A stretch of 64,000 bases of DNA from a virus (IMGVR_UViG_3300027983_002389), one strand, 5' to 3'. Positions 28,072 through 38,596 are shown, counted from the first letter of the stretch. A program made the numbers and translations. Notes: a model not told the origin generated them from the letters alone.

Positions 28072-28605
28072 ATGAAAGATTTTGAGCGTACATTGTTAAT
28101 TGGGGTTGTATTTGATCTATCCACGTTGCATAACAACGGCACCCGTAACTTGGATATTGTAAAGGATATTATTTTGAAGAATATCTTGGATGTAAAACCG
28201 TCATCTAAAATATACGTTTTTCATCCTAAATGGCCAACTATTCCAAGAGATCAGGGAGAAAGTACATATTATGTAATCTCTTATCAAGAGCCTCCTGGCT
28301 TCTACATTGATTCTGCACTCAAAAGTGCCGTGACTTTAATTGGTGAGTGTGCTGAGGATTGCGATAAGTATATCTTTTTGATTACTGATCGTTTTCAATC
28401 TCCACGCAACTATCAATATCGCAAAGGTTTTTTGGTAAACAATATTCGAGGCTATAGTACCAAAATGTGCGTCTTTGGTGTCGGAGATGGTTACGACAAT
28501 ATGAATCTTAAATCATTGGCAGAAGAATACGAGGCACATTTTTCACACTCATCAGACGCCGCCTTGTTGTCTGAAAACTTCACAGAAATGCTGGCAGGAC
28601 ACTAA
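28072..28605 (+). CDS. vWA-like hypothetical protein
   Basis: IFLITD, FGVG, L..LA. Confidence 0.5.
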   Translation: MKDFERTLLIGVVFDLSTLHNNGTRNLDIVKDIILKNILDVKPSSKIYVFHPKWPTIPRDQGESTYYVISYQEPPGFYIDSALKSAVTLIGECAEDCDKYIFLITDRFQSPRNYQYRKGFLVNNIRGYSTKMCVFGVGDGYDNMNLKSLAEEYEAHFSHSSDAALLSENFTEMLAGH

Positions 28606-29390
28606 TGGAAAACCCAAATATATTTGTAAATCGTAAAATAGAAAACGATCCATTTTATATGGCTCCAGTAGAAATCATTATTCCATTTCATGGCGAACAA
28701 GCTCGTGTTGCCAAATTGATGGAAAGTATATTTGCTACAGTGCATACCAATAGGTATTTGATTTCTTTGGTTGACGATGGTTCTTTGAACAAGACGTTCA
28801 TCAAAGACATTGACAAGAAGAAGATGCCCGGTGTGCGGTGTTTTCGCACGGATGAAAACAAAGGTTTTGGTGCCGCCGTTAATCTGGCTCTGAAGACACC
28901 CTGGAGCCAGAAGATTACATGGATCGCCATTATGCAATCCGATGTTTTTGCTGAAGAAAACAATTGGCTCTCCAATATGGGAGAAACAATGAATCTTCTC
29001 AAGGGGCAAGGCGTGAAGATGGTATCGCCTATGACCAATAATCCAATGGTTGAATCTTCTATTTTGACTGGTCAAAAGAGTGACCGCAGACCTGACGCTG
29101 TGTTAACAGAAGGTTTTTTGCCGATGTATTGTGTATTGGCTCACAGAGAATTGTTCAATAGGGTTGGACCATTGAAGGAATGCCCATATGCTGGAACAGA
29201 GGCCCAGGAGTTTGCCGTTCGGATGCGATTGTTGGGTTACAAACAGGCAGTCTGTGGCTCCAGTTGGGTAAATCACTCTGGCGGCGCTACTCTTGCCAAC
29301 TTCGCCGAGAATACTAAGGTTCAAGGAATATTGCGAAAGGTAAAAGAAGAGTTCGATCCTGGTCCTAAGAAAGAGGTCCAGGTTGGATAG
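28605..29390 (+). CDS. GT2-family glycosyltransferase
   Basis: IIIPFH, LVDDGS, N.GFGAAVN, QSD. Confidence 0.8.
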   Translation: MENPNIFVNRKIENDPFYMAPVEIIIPFHGEQARVAKLMESIFATVHTNRYLISLVDDGSLNKTFIKDIDKKKMPGVRCFRTDENKGFGAAVNLALKTPWSQKITWIAIMQSDVFAEENNWLSNMGETMNLLKGQGVKMVSPMTNNPMVESSILTGQKSDRRPDAVLTEGFLPMYCVLAHRELFNRVGPLKECPYAGTEAQEFAVRMRLLGYKQAVCGSSWVNHSGGATLANFAENTKVQGILRKVKEEFDPGPKKEVQVG

Positions 29391-29438
29391 ATAATGGTGA
29401 AGTGATTAACTCTTCAACCTATTATGGAGGATATTTTC

Positions 29439-29594
29439 ATGAGATGCAAAAAGCCAGATGGCACATACACGACAACCCGTTGGTTGTACTTCTACCCTCA
29501 GTGCGGTAGAATTCTACAGGCCCTTGGTGTCTGCTCTGCTAAGGCAGGCGCATATGTTCCAGCTATTACGGTTTGCACCCAGCGTTTGTACTAA
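29439..29594 (+). CDS. small Cys-containing protein (51 aa)
   Basis: GGAGG SD; MRCKKPDG...; terminator follows. Confidence 0.5.
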   Translation: MRCKKPDGTYTTTRWLYFYPQCGRILQALGVCSAKAGAYVPAITVCTQRLY

Positions 29595-29623
29595 CGCTTG
29601 ATTGTTGACCAAGTTTATTACAG

Positions 29624-29657
29624 AAGTCGCCCGATTGAAAAGTCGGGCGACTTTTTT
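29624..29657. terminator. terminator between convergent genes
   Basis: AAGTCGCCCGAT...GTCGGGCGACTT followed by a T tract. Confidence 0.75.
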
Positions 29658-30093
29658 ATTTGCCTTGCCATTCTTTAGTGCGGTCAATCAATTCTTTTGC
29701 AATTGCTTGATAGCAAGGACGATCAATGGTTCCTGCTGAGGGGCTATCGAATTCCATCACGAAGATTTGGTGAATGACTTCAGTGATTTCTTTTAAGGAC
29801 GGTGTGCCACGAATAGCCAGTTCCCGCAGGATCATTCTGGCTTCAATGTCGTATTCATCTTTTGGTACAACACACGGCACCAAATCAATTGGATCGTGTT
29901 CGTATAGAAGCCGAGTGAGCCAGTCTAGTGAGCCACCAAACCGTCTCAGGTCATCTCGATGTTCGAGACCATGGAGATGGACCATCTCCATGCGTTGTTC
30001 TTGCGTGACACCATTGCCTTTGCTGGCTTGAAAAATAAATCGCAGTTCCGCCATGTATTTTTGGGCGGCATCATTCCATTCGGTGTGTTTCAT
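29656..30093 (-). CDS. hypothetical protein (DUF1871-like)
   Basis: DPI......P.DEYD.E. Confidence 0.55.
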   Translation of the reverse strand: MKHTEWNDAAQKYMAELRFIFQASKGNGVTQEQRMEMVHLHGLEHRDDLRRFGGSLDWLTRLLYEHDPIDLVPCVVPKDEYDIEARMILRELAIRGTPSLKEITEVIHQIFVMEFDSPSAGTIDRPCYQAIAKELIDRTKEWQGK

Positions 30094-30094
30094 A

Positions 30095-30736
30095 TTACCC
30101 TTGTTTTGTTATGTGAGTGGCGTAGCCGAATATGTTGTCGATGTAAGAGTGATACCCAGGAGGGGATAAGTACGCCATCTTGCCGCCGTGCTTTTCAACC
30201 AACTGAAGTATTCTTCCTGGCGAGCGAAATACAGCGCCCCATGTTTGGGCTTTGAGATCATCTTGCTGGTATAGGTCTATTGCCCAATGACCGTCTGGAT
30301 GAATAGGAATAAGCCTATCATCTAAATGAGAAAATTGGAGTGCATAAATCCCACCAGCCTTCAGGCTCTTGATGATTTTTGCAAGTTGACTTTCAAAGTC
30401 TTCGTGGCTCATATGGATACAAACATTGTTTGAAAACACATAGTCGAACTTATTCTCTGGCAGTTCATCTTCTGGCAGAAATTGGCCGAGCGTATATGGC
30501 TTGACATTTTCGAGAGCGATTGGCGAAATATCAAGGGCGTATACATTGCCGCCTTTTTGTTGGTAGAACTTGGCTGGGTTGCATGTTCCAACGCCGATGG
30601 CAAGTATGGTTTTAGCAACAAGAGAAGCTGGGTCAATTCTCAAAACGCCCAATTCAGTAGGCCCGTCACTATTCGTTAGACTAATGCAATCTTGACGGGT
30701 ATGAACGTCATTCCAGAAGTTTTTTATTTCGCTCAT
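30095..30736 (-). CDS. class I SAM-dependent methyltransferase
   Basis: IGVGT, LDIS, FDYVFS...CIH, LK.GG. Confidence 0.75.
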   Translation of the reverse strand: MSEIKNFWNDVHTRQDCISLTNSDGPTELGVLRIDPASLVAKTILAIGVGTCNPAKFYQQKGGNVYALDISPIALENVKPYTLGQFLPEDELPENKFDYVFSNNVCIHMSHEDFESQLAKIIKSLKAGGIYALQFSHLDDRLIPIHPDGHWAIDLYQQDDLKAQTWGAVFRSPGRILQLVEKHGGKMAYLSPPGYHSYIDNIFGYATHITKQG

Positions 30737-30748
30737 TCTGTATTTACT

Positions 30749-31939
30749 TTATCCCCGCCGAATTTTGCTGCTGGACATATCGACCGGAGGTAAAACATTC
30801 GGTGGAATGATTTGGGACATATTCAGGAAGCGAGGGTCAATCCCGTCTAATCCCTCTTCGTGAGAAGCCTTCCCTTCCATTATACGGTGGAAGACAAAAA
30901 ACTTTGAGTTTTGACGAATAAGTGTTGCCAAAACTTCGTCAATTTTCCCATATTTCGGGTCACTGATCCGTTTGAATGTATCCCATCCAACCACGAAGGT
31001 TGCTCCAGGAAAGTATTCAGCCTTCTGCATAAAGGTTGCCAAAGACGTGAAGTGAACGTCTCCACACCAAGAATTAGCCTTCTGAACATCCAAATGAGCG
31101 ATTCGCTCTCGAAGGTTGGTGTAGTTGAAAGCTGGCTTGTCAACATTATGGACACAAACTTCCAGATCGACTGGCTTACCTGTAATCTCGAAGACTTTGG
31201 CGGCGATATTGGCGTGTGCCGGATGGAGCGGGTGGAACGATCCAGCGAAGATAACTCGATTTGCTGGTTGATCCATGCCTACCGCTATGCCAAGCGTGAG
31301 AGACTTGAGTTGTCCTGTCAGTAACTTGAACATTTCAGGTGTTCCGGGAGTCATGACTTCCGTGACGTAGGAATCCTCGAATATGCTCCATAGACATCTG
31401 ATCCCACGAGAAGAGGACACAGCTTTACCGCCAAAGGGGAGATCATCACGAAGGCCAGAAGCAAAAGCCAGAACTCCAATAAGAACACGAGCGACCAATG
31501 TTTCTTCTTCGACCCGGTTGTGTCCACGTCCTGTCAGGTCGATTTCGTATGTTCTTGTGAAATCGTGTGTCTGGACAGAAATATAAGCATGATGCTCTCG
31601 ACCGGCTCGTTCGTTGTCTTTGGCAAGAGAGCAAGATGCGCCAATTCCGACAAGGGTTTCAGCGTGTTCGAGTCCTGCATATCGAATGGCCTTCTGATAT
31701 GCAGCCATCGCCAGATCACGGGCTGCTCCGGGAGAACAGTATTTGTCGGGAGTTCCCTTTACGAAGTAATCAAACGACTTCTGGTCGTAAGGCACGATGG
31801 CTTCTAACACGGTGTCGGAACCTTGCCCATATCGGAGGAGTTCTCCGATCACTTCTGCGCCGCCCCCGGTAAGGGCAAGCACGGCTTTGTGGGGAGTCCC
31901 ATGAATCATCAGGACCAGATCCCGTTCATACAACGACAT
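30749..31939 (-). CDS. CinA-like domain fused to NMN-adenylyltransferase-like (HxGH-type) domain
   Basis: TGGG...L...GS.TVLEA.VPY; FAGSFHPLHPAH, NVDKP, FVVGWDT, SSSKIR. Confidence 0.75.
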   Translation of the reverse strand: MSLYERDLVLMIHGTPHKAVLALTGGGAEVIGELLRYGQGSDTVLEAIVPYDQKSFDYFVKGTPDKYCSPGAARDLAMAAYQKAIRYAGLEHAETLVGIGASCSLAKDNERAGREHHAYISVQTHDFTRTYEIDLTGRGHNRVEEETLVARVLIGVLAFASGLRDDLPFGGKAVSSSRGIRCLWSIFEDSYVTEVMTPGTPEMFKLLTGQLKSLTLGIAVGMDQPANRVIFAGSFHPLHPAHANIAAKVFEITGKPVDLEVCVHNVDKPAFNYTNLRERIAHLDVQKANSWCGDVHFTSLATFMQKAEYFPGATFVVGWDTFKRISDPKYGKIDEVLATLIRQNSKFFVFHRIMEGKASHEEGLDGIDPRFLNMSQIIPPNVLPPVDMSSSKIRRG

Positions 31940-32111
31940 TTTCATTCTCCTGTAGAAACTTGGTTTTCTTGATTCTACCACGCTATTTGTTGGGTGTAAA
32001 ACGTAAAACGTAGAACTGGTCTTGTGGCTTTTTGCGTGTTTCGGTAGAATCCGGCGAGTTTCAGAAATGTGCCAAAGCTGGCACCCATCACGTCCAAAAA
32101 GGAGTTAGCCG

Positions 32112-32297
32112 ATGTTGGTTCTAAGTCGGAAAAAAAACGAGTCGATTGTCATTGGGGAAAATATCCGAATCGTCGTCGTCGAAGTTCGTGGCGACAAAGT
32201 ACGATTGGGCATTGAAGCGCCTACCGATATTCCTGTTCACCGACAGGAGGTATATGACGCTATCAAGGAGGAAGACAACCCTGATGGGAAACCCTAG
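32112..32297 (+). CDS. csrA: carbon storage regulator CsrA
   Basis: MLVLSRK.NESI.IG...VRLGIEAP..IPVHR.EV. Confidence 0.95.
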   Translation: MLVLSRKKNESIVIGENIRIVVVEVRGDKVRLGIEAPTDIPVHRQEVYDAIKEEDNPDGKP

Positions 32298-32517
32298 AAT
32301 ATGCCCTCATTGTCATTTGGATATTCCCACGGATCGAGATTTTTCTTTTGATGAAAAGTTGAATCTTATTTGTGGGAATTGTGGCAATATAGCTTTTCCA
32401 ACAACTTCGGAAGCAGAACTCGCCTTCTCGCAGCCGGGACCGAGACAGTCGGTGTCTAAACACGACCAGATCAAACACAAATCTGGTCTCCAACACGAAG
32501 ATATTCCAGAAGGATAA
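32284..32517 (+). CDS. hypothetical Zn-ribbon protein
   Basis: CPHC and CGNC. Confidence 0.55.
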   Translation: MGNPRICPHCHLDIPTDRDFSFDEKLNLICGNCGNIAFPTTSEAELAFSQPGPRQSVSKHDQIKHKSGLQHEDIPEG

Positions 32518-32522
32518 ATCAT

Positions 32523-33197
32523 ATGGAGAACAAACCTACAAACCTGATTGCTGAATTGGAGCGTATTTTCGACGTTCTAAATCAAGCGTTATTTGGTGGT
32601 AAACTGGAGCCAGTGAATTTCGCCCTTCAGCCAAAAAAGAAGGTTTCTCTACGATGGATGCCAGATATTGAAGGCATGGTCGTCGGAGCAGACTTCTCCA
32701 AGTTAGAATATGGTGAAATTCTTGCGGCAATGCTACATGAAATGATCCATGTCGCAAATCAGCAGAAGGGCTTGCCTGACGTTACCACGAATCAATATCA
32801 CAACAAGAATTTCCTTCAGGCAGCACTTGAAGTGGGACTTGTGGTAATCAAGCATAAAACTCAAGGCTGGGCAATTACTTCGACCGTATATCCGAGAAAT
32901 GTGGTCGAACGGGTTTTCATCAAGCGTCCCAATAAAGACGCTGTTCGGCGAAGAAACGACGCCTTTGACTCCATTACGATGGACAAGGCGATTTTAAAAG
33001 CAGGACGTGCCGATATACGGGAGCGAATTAAAAGCCAAAAGCCGACAAAGACATATTTCCTCAAATATCAGTGCAATTGTCAGCCCCCTCACAACAGTAT
33101 CCGATCAGGCCGACGACCAGATGGCCCCAACGCCTTGAATATTCAATGCTTAAACTGTCGGTCGCAGTTTGAGTGTGTCACCGAACTGGACGAATGA
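32523..33197 (+). CDS. SprT-like zinc metalloprotease
   Basis: LHEMIH, YHNK.F, C-terminal CxC and CxxC. Confidence 0.8.
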   Translation: MENKPTNLIAELERIFDVLNQALFGGKLEPVNFALQPKKKVSLRWMPDIEGMVVGADFSKLEYGEILAAMLHEMIHVANQQKGLPDVTTNQYHNKNFLQAALEVGLVVIKHKTQGWAITSTVYPRNVVERVFIKRPNKDAVRRRNDAFDSITMDKAILKAGRADIRERIKSQKPTKTYFLKYQCNCQPPHNSIRSGRRPDGPNALNIQCLNCRSQFECVTELDE

Positions 33198-33466
33198 CAA
33201 GGAGTCAAATGGAGAAGAAGTCTCTTGCAAGCCAACTTCAAGGTGTGTTGAAGGAATGCCCTCATGTCAGAGGGTATCAATTGTCGGTGTTGGAACTTTC
33301 CGAGTCAGTCGTGATTGGAGGAACCGTCAAATGCTACTACCACAAGCAGATGGCACAAGAGTCCATTCGCATTTATCTCAAGACGCAGCCAGGACTTACG
33401 GTGACGATGACGTTGACAAACAACATTGTGGTCAGATCATCACCGGCTAGGACCGAAACCGAATAA
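33194..33466 (+). CDS. BON-like domain protein
   Basis: G.V..YYHKQMAQE...NNIVV. Confidence 0.6.
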   Translation: MTRSQMEKKSLASQLQGVLKECPHVRGYQLSVLELSESVVIGGTVKCYYHKQMAQESIRIYLKTQPGLTVTMTLTNNIVVRSSPARTETE

Positions 33467-33547
33467 AGTTTCGGCCTGATTTTACACAAAACGGTTTGCG
33501 TGGTAGAATCCACTCAAACCGTTTTGTCGTCTTTTCTGATGGGGAGA

Positions 33548-34216
33548 ATGCTCGTGGCCGTTAAGATCATTTATCCTCCCCGGCCCAAAAGCAAGATGCT
33601 CCCAAAAGATTTGAGGTATTACGAAAGCACGGGAAAGTGGCTCGCTCAACGAAAGTTTCGTGGAAGCCGAGCCGTCATCAATATTTCCCCGGCTGGGGAA
33701 ATTACGCTTGGCAACCGTCACGGGACTTCTTTTGCCCGTTTTTCTCTTGATCGCAAATATCGAGAAGAAATTCTGTCTGGACTACGCTTCCAGAAAGGCG
33801 TCGAATATTGGTTGGATGGCGAACTCATGAACAAGGACGAGAACGCCACCAATGAGATCATCCTCTTCGACGTACTCCATGTTGGTAAATATTTATTCGG
33901 TTCTCCCAATCAAGTTGAGCGACTGAAAATGCTCAATGATATTTGTGGCAGTCCGAAGGAATATTGTCCGAGTGGCATTGCTCTACAGGTTACTCCCCGC
34001 ATTTGGATGGCCGAGACGTTTGCTTCGGATTTTACCAAACGCTTTGAAGAGGCGTTGCCTGTCGTTCAACTTGAAGGTTTGGTTCTTCGCAAGAAAACTT
34101 CATCGTTGGATCATTTCGGTCATTCCGAATATGAAACAAACAACATTATCCGGTGTCGGAAACCATTCGCATCTGAAACGCCAAAGGCCCAGCGTTCGGG
34201 CGGATATGAATTCTAG
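33548..34216 (+). CDS. ATP-dependent ligase adenylation domain (minimal DNA ligase/capping-type)
   Basis: QRKFRGSR (motif I), LDGEL, LFDVL, EGLVLR. Confidence 0.75.
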   Translation: MLVAVKIIYPPRPKSKMLPKDLRYYESTGKWLAQRKFRGSRAVINISPAGEITLGNRHGTSFARFSLDRKYREEILSGLRFQKGVEYWLDGELMNKDENATNEIILFDVLHVGKYLFGSPNQVERLKMLNDICGSPKEYCPSGIALQVTPRIWMAETFASDFTKRFEEALPVVQLEGLVLRKKTSSLDHFGHSEYETNNIIRCRKPFASETPKAQRSGGYEF

Positions 34217-34270
34217 TCTTGACACCAGGGGGACAATATGTAGACTCTCGCACGACTGTTCGACTCAACC

Positions 34271-34298
34271 TATACCCTATACCCTATACCCTATACCC
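34271..34298 (+). repeat. 7-bp tandem repeat (TATACCC)x4 upstream of the ParB-like gene
   Basis: Read directly from sequence. Confidence 0.8.
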
Positions 34299-34313
34299 AA
34301 CCAGGAGTTACTG

Positions 34314-35639
34314 ATGAGCAAGATTGAATCCTTCCCGATGAATCGCATCCCGGAAGGCTGCAAGCATCTTTATGGTGCTTTGTTCGCCGTTCCGTTCGCT
34401 TCGTTGCGGACCCCCGATGTAGACGACGATGAGTCGAACACGGAATATCGGTTTAAGAATCCCAGGCTTCACACCGAGAAGGGACAAAGGGAGTTGCTGG
34501 ACAAGCGACTCTCTGCTGAACTGCGGGAGAGCATCAAGAGCCGCACTTTGCTGAACCCGTTGGTGTGTCGATGGGTCCAAGATGGGGAACAATACTTTCC
34601 ACAACTGGTTGGCGGTGATCGTCGGCATCGTGCCTTGGACTTCCTCATTCGCAAGAAAGAGATCGTCACCGACCCCAGCAGCTTGCAATTGAACGACAAG
34701 GGCGAGTGGATTTACATTCAATGCCCTGCCGATCAAGCCTACGCAACGATTCCGTGTCAGGTGTTCGCAGTCAACAACGACCTGGATGCCTTGGCTTTGG
34801 CTTGGGCTGAAAACAAAGGTCGCATCAACCTGACTGAAGGACACGAGATTGCCGAAGTCATCAAGTTGAGGAAGGTTGGGGCTTCTGACGAGAAGATTCT
34901 CGAAATCCTTCAACGTGATGAGAAGTGGCTCGCCGAGTCTGATTCGCTGATCGGTAATCTTGATGCCGATACGCTTGCTGACTTATTGGAAAATCGGCTC
35001 GACCGAGAATCTGCTTGTGAACTATGCAACATCGAAGACGAGCAGATGCGCAGCAAAGTTCGCATTGCCGCCAACGAAGCGTCTAAGGAAGCCTGCAATC
35101 GTAAGATTAAGCGGCTCCAACGTCAGGTTGAATCGGCGCTTGATCGGAAGGAAATCGCCGAAGGCTCTGTCGCAGATGCCGAATACCACAACGACGATGA
35201 TGGCATCGAAGACGCTAAAACCGAATTGGCTGACGCCGAGAAGAAGGTCGCTCGTTCTGTCAAAGAACGTGATGAAACCACTCCAGTCACGACCATCAAG
35301 GACGTGAAGAAGGCTGAAATCGAATCGGGTGCCAAGCCTCCGAAAGAGCCTCGAAATGAGGATGATCGACCCCTCCGAATTCTTTCCTCGAAGAAGATTC
35401 AGGATGGTGTCGATTATTTGGATGGCGTCATCGCCAACGGCGGCAAGTGCCTTGAAGGTACTTATATCGGTGGTCCTGGTCTTGCAAATGCTCTGGCGCT
35501 GTGTAGGAAGTTGTTCAACAACAACATCTTGGCAAACGAGCCGGACTTCGGGGCGACGATCAAGCGTCACTTGGAATCTATCCGAAAGCTGAAAGAGGGT
35601 TCTCAACCTCAGCGGGTTGAGACTGAAGAAGGCCAATAA
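34314..35639 (+). CDS. ParB/Srx-like N-terminal domain protein with coiled-coil C-terminus
   Basis: NPR, L.ESI....LLNPLV, LVGGDRRHRA, AEN..R. Confidence 0.75.
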   Translation: MSKIESFPMNRIPEGCKHLYGALFAVPFASLRTPDVDDDESNTEYRFKNPRLHTEKGQRELLDKRLSAELRESIKSRTLLNPLVCRWVQDGEQYFPQLVGGDRRHRALDFLIRKKEIVTDPSSLQLNDKGEWIYIQCPADQAYATIPCQVFAVNNDLDALALAWAENKGRINLTEGHEIAEVIKLRKVGASDEKILEILQRDEKWLAESDSLIGNLDADTLADLLENRLDRESACELCNIEDEQMRSKVRIAANEASKEACNRKIKRLQRQVESALDRKEIAEGSVADAEYHNDDDGIEDAKTELADAEKKVARSVKERDETTPVTTIKDVKKAEIESGAKPPKEPRNEDDRPLRILSSKKIQDGVDYLDGVIANGGKCLEGTYIGGPGLANALALCRKLFNNNILANEPDFGATIKRHLESIRKLKEGSQPQRVETEEGQ

Positions 35640-35745
35640 TCTTCCCTAAGCAACGGGGAAGTGGTGGAGGGCGGCATAAGTTGCCCCTAACCTCGCCAAG
35701 AGAAATCTTGGCGAGGTTTTTATTTTGACAGGCATAAATAAAACA

Positions 35746-36054
35746 ATGATACAAGCCTGTCCAAATTGCGGTCATACTCTTCAGCGTGAATTGAAGGATG
35801 GCCTTACACATTGTTCTCATTGCAATCAAGTTTTTGATTCAAGCGATTTGAATCGTCTTTTATCAGCGGCTTGGCAAATACGCAGGGAACATTTGTCATT
35901 AGAGCAAGTTAAGTGGCAACTCAAATTGGGAGATGATTATTCCATTTTGATATACACTTTTGTTAGTGAATACGGCTATGCTCACGATGAACTCATCAAA
36001 TTGTTGAGAAAACTCGGCGTAGCAAATAAAGCCTATATCGACTTCTCAGCCTAG
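35746..36054 (+). CDS. hypothetical Zn-ribbon protein
   Basis: CPNC, CSHC. Confidence 0.6.
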   Translation: MIQACPNCGHTLQRELKDGLTHCSHCNQVFDSSDLNRLLSAAWQIRREHLSLEQVKWQLKLGDDYSILIYTFVSEYGYAHDELIKLLRKLGVANKAYIDFSA

Positions 36055-36100
36055 ATCGAGCATTGCAGCTTTGGTATCCTCTTATATCTGGAGGATAAAC

Positions 36101-36604
36101 ATGAAACTGCAAATTTTAGTTGGCATGATCGCATCTGGCAAATCCACATATTGTCGATCTGCTGCTCAACAAGGCGTTATTTGCATGAATGACGACGCCA
36201 TTGTCAATATGCTTCATGCCGATGACTACACTCTCTACAACACTAACCTAAAGGTGTTGTATAAATCAATCGAAAATCATGTTATTGGAACTGCCCTTGC
36301 GATGGGTCGTTCTGTCATTGTTGACCGGGGACTAAACGTGAGTCTCGCCGGTCGTCGTCGTTGGATTGCCCTGGCCCGTAGTTTTGATGTTTCAATCACA
36401 GCCGTTGTTTTCAAAAACGATGGACCCGAAGAACATGCTAGACGCCGCACCAATTCTGATGGCCGAGGTCATCCTTATGAATATTGGCTCAGGGTTGCAG
36501 AGTTTCATAATTCTTTGTATATTCCACCTATTGTAGAAGAAGGGTTTGATGCCGTCTACGATATTGGGTTCGCTGAAATACAGCAAGGCAAAGTCTTTCT
36601 TTAA
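36101..36604 (+). CDS. AAA_33 / polynucleotide-kinase-like P-loop protein
   Basis: LVGMIASGKST, VIVD..N....R..W, P..EEGFD. Confidence 0.8.
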   Translation: MKLQILVGMIASGKSTYCRSAAQQGVICMNDDAIVNMLHADDYTLYNTNLKVLYKSIENHVIGTALAMGRSVIVDRGLNVSLAGRRRWIALARSFDVSITAVVFKNDGPEEHARRRTNSDGRGHPYEYWLRVAEFHNSLYIPPIVEEGFDAVYDIGFAEIQQGKVFL

Positions 36605-36615
36605 GGGGACTGGTA

Positions 36616-37512
36616 ATGGATTGTAGGCTCATTGATGGCAATGCCATTGCCGCCGATATTCGTAGAGAATTGCGGCAACGGGTGACTGAATACAAAACCT
36701 CTACAGGCATCACCCCAACTCTGGTTGCTTTGATGGTGGGAAGCAATCCAGCCAGTCAGATTTATGTTAAAAAGAAAATAGCCGCTTGTGATGAAGTTGG
36801 CATATTGGCTTATCGAGTCGAAGCAGATGAAGATGAAGACGATCTGCTGAAACAGATTCGTCGCTTGAATAATGACGATTCGGTGCATGGGTATATCATG
36901 CAATTGCCTTTACCACCGGGTTGGAAGCCAGATAGATATTTTTCTGAGTTCAATCCCTACAAAGACGTAGATGTATTCCACCCGGAAAATGTTGGTCTTT
37001 TGGTCCAAGGCAGACCAAGATTTCGTCCATGTACGCCACATGGAATTCAGGTGATGTTGCATCGTAGTGGCATTAAAGTTGCCGGGAAAAAAGTCGCAGT
37101 CATCAATCGCAGCAACGTGGTGGGCAAACCCTTGTCTTCGATGCTCATTCAAGAATGTGACGATTACGCCAATGCCACGGTGACGGTCTGTCATGATCGA
37201 ACACCGCCCGATCTTCTCAAAAGTGTGACGCAGACTGCCGACATTGTGATTGTTGCTGTGGGTAAACCTGGATTTTTAACAGCGGATATGGTTCGTCCTG
37301 GCTCAACAGTGATTGATGTTGGTATAACGAGGATCGGCAATAGGGTAGTTGGAGACGTGGATTTTGAAAATGTCAGTAAAATTGCCGGTGCAATATCGCC
37401 GGTTCCTGGTGGTTGCGGGCCGATGACGGTTGCCATGCTTTTGGAAAATACTTTGGCTGCTGCCCAACTTCAAAGCCAGAGGCTTTACAACCACAACTAT
37501 TCTGTGGTATAA
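36616..37512 (+). CDS. folD: methylenetetrahydrofolate dehydrogenase/cyclohydrolase
   Basis: IDG..IA, S..YVKKK, QLPLP, KDVD, PCTP.G, RS.VVGKP, PVPGG.GPMT. Confidence 0.95.
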   Translation: MDCRLIDGNAIAADIRRELRQRVTEYKTSTGITPTLVALMVGSNPASQIYVKKKIAACDEVGILAYRVEADEDEDDLLKQIRRLNNDDSVHGYIMQLPLPPGWKPDRYFSEFNPYKDVDVFHPENVGLLVQGRPRFRPCTPHGIQVMLHRSGIKVAGKKVAVINRSNVVGKPLSSMLIQECDDYANATVTVCHDRTPPDLLKSVTQTADIVIVAVGKPGFLTADMVRPGSTVIDVGITRIGNRVVGDVDFENVSKIAGAISPVPGGCGPMTVAMLLENTLAAAQLQSQRLYNHNYSVV

Positions 37513-37538
37513 TCCTTCACCAGAAAAGGAGCTTTACT

Positions 37539-38546
37539 TTGAACGATTTGCGTATTTTCGGCCTTGGGTCAAGTGTTGAATACACGGATCAGGTGTGCAA
37601 AGCGTTGTCGCTGAAGCGATCTGACCACAAAGAAACTTGGCAAGACGACGATGAGCCGTATGTTCTCTCACAAGAGAACGTCCGAGGCTGTGACGTATTC
37701 ATCGTGCAGAGTTTGTATTCTTGCCAAAAGGAACGTCTGGCAGATAAGTTCCTGAAGCTCCTGTTGTTCGCTCGTTCTCTTCGTGACGCATCGGCACGAC
37801 GCATCACGTTGGTATTGCCGTATCTTGCTTTCCAAAGGCAAGATCGAAAAACTGAGTCCAGAGCGCCAGTGTATACCAAATACATTCCTGAAATTATCGA
37901 AGGACTACTTCGTCCCGACGACCGAATTTTGACTATCGACGCCCACAATCTGAGCGCCTATCAATCAGGCTTTCGCCTGATGCTCGATCACTTGGAAGCC
38001 AAGCCGGTCGTCTGCGACTGGTTCAGTAATTCTGCCAGTCGATTGTGGCCTGAACTCAATTTGGACAATTTGTGTTTTGCATCACCCGACGAAGGTGGCG
38101 TGAAGCGGGTTGGGTTTTATCGAAAACGTGTTCAATCTCAAATGAAGATCGAGATCAGCACGGCATCGATTTACAAAACCCATGAAGGAAAAGAAATTGA
38201 GGCTCATGGTGTGATGGGTCACGTCGAGGGTAAAGACGTGTTTTTGATTGACGATATGATCTCGTCTGGAACCACTTTGGTAAAAGCAACCGACGCCATT
38301 GAGAAGGAAGGCGGGAAGGTTCGAGCCGCCATTGCTACTCACGGTTTGTTCGTCGGTAATGCCAATGAGCGTATAGGGTTACTGCAAGAACGTGGCATCA
38401 AAGTTATCGTCACCGATACAGTTCACACCAATAAATTAGACCCGAAATTGCAGAAGAAATTGGTGGTTATTCGGACAGCGCCATTGCTTGGTGAAGCTAT
38501 TCGGTGTATCCACAATGAAGAATCTGTCAGTAAGTTGCTTTCCTGA
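37539..38546 (+). CDS. prs: ribose-phosphate pyrophosphokinase family protein
   Basis: ENVRG.DVF, PYLAFQRQDRK, D.H, SPDEGGVKR, IDDMISSGTT, ATHGLF. Confidence 0.9.
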   Translation: MNDLRIFGLGSSVEYTDQVCKALSLKRSDHKETWQDDDEPYVLSQENVRGCDVFIVQSLYSCQKERLADKFLKLLLFARSLRDASARRITLVLPYLAFQRQDRKTESRAPVYTKYIPEIIEGLLRPDDRILTIDAHNLSAYQSGFRLMLDHLEAKPVVCDWFSNSASRLWPELNLDNLCFASPDEGGVKRVGFYRKRVQSQMKIEISTASIYKTHEGKEIEAHGVMGHVEGKDVFLIDDMISSGTTLVKATDAIEKEGGKVRAAIATHGLFVGNANERIGLLQERGIKVIVTDTVHTNKLDPKLQKKLVVIRTAPLLGEAIRCIHNEESVSKLLS

Positions 38547-38596
38547 AAATATGGTTGTCAAGACCATTTCCCCAAGTATAATCCACGGAGGTTCCA

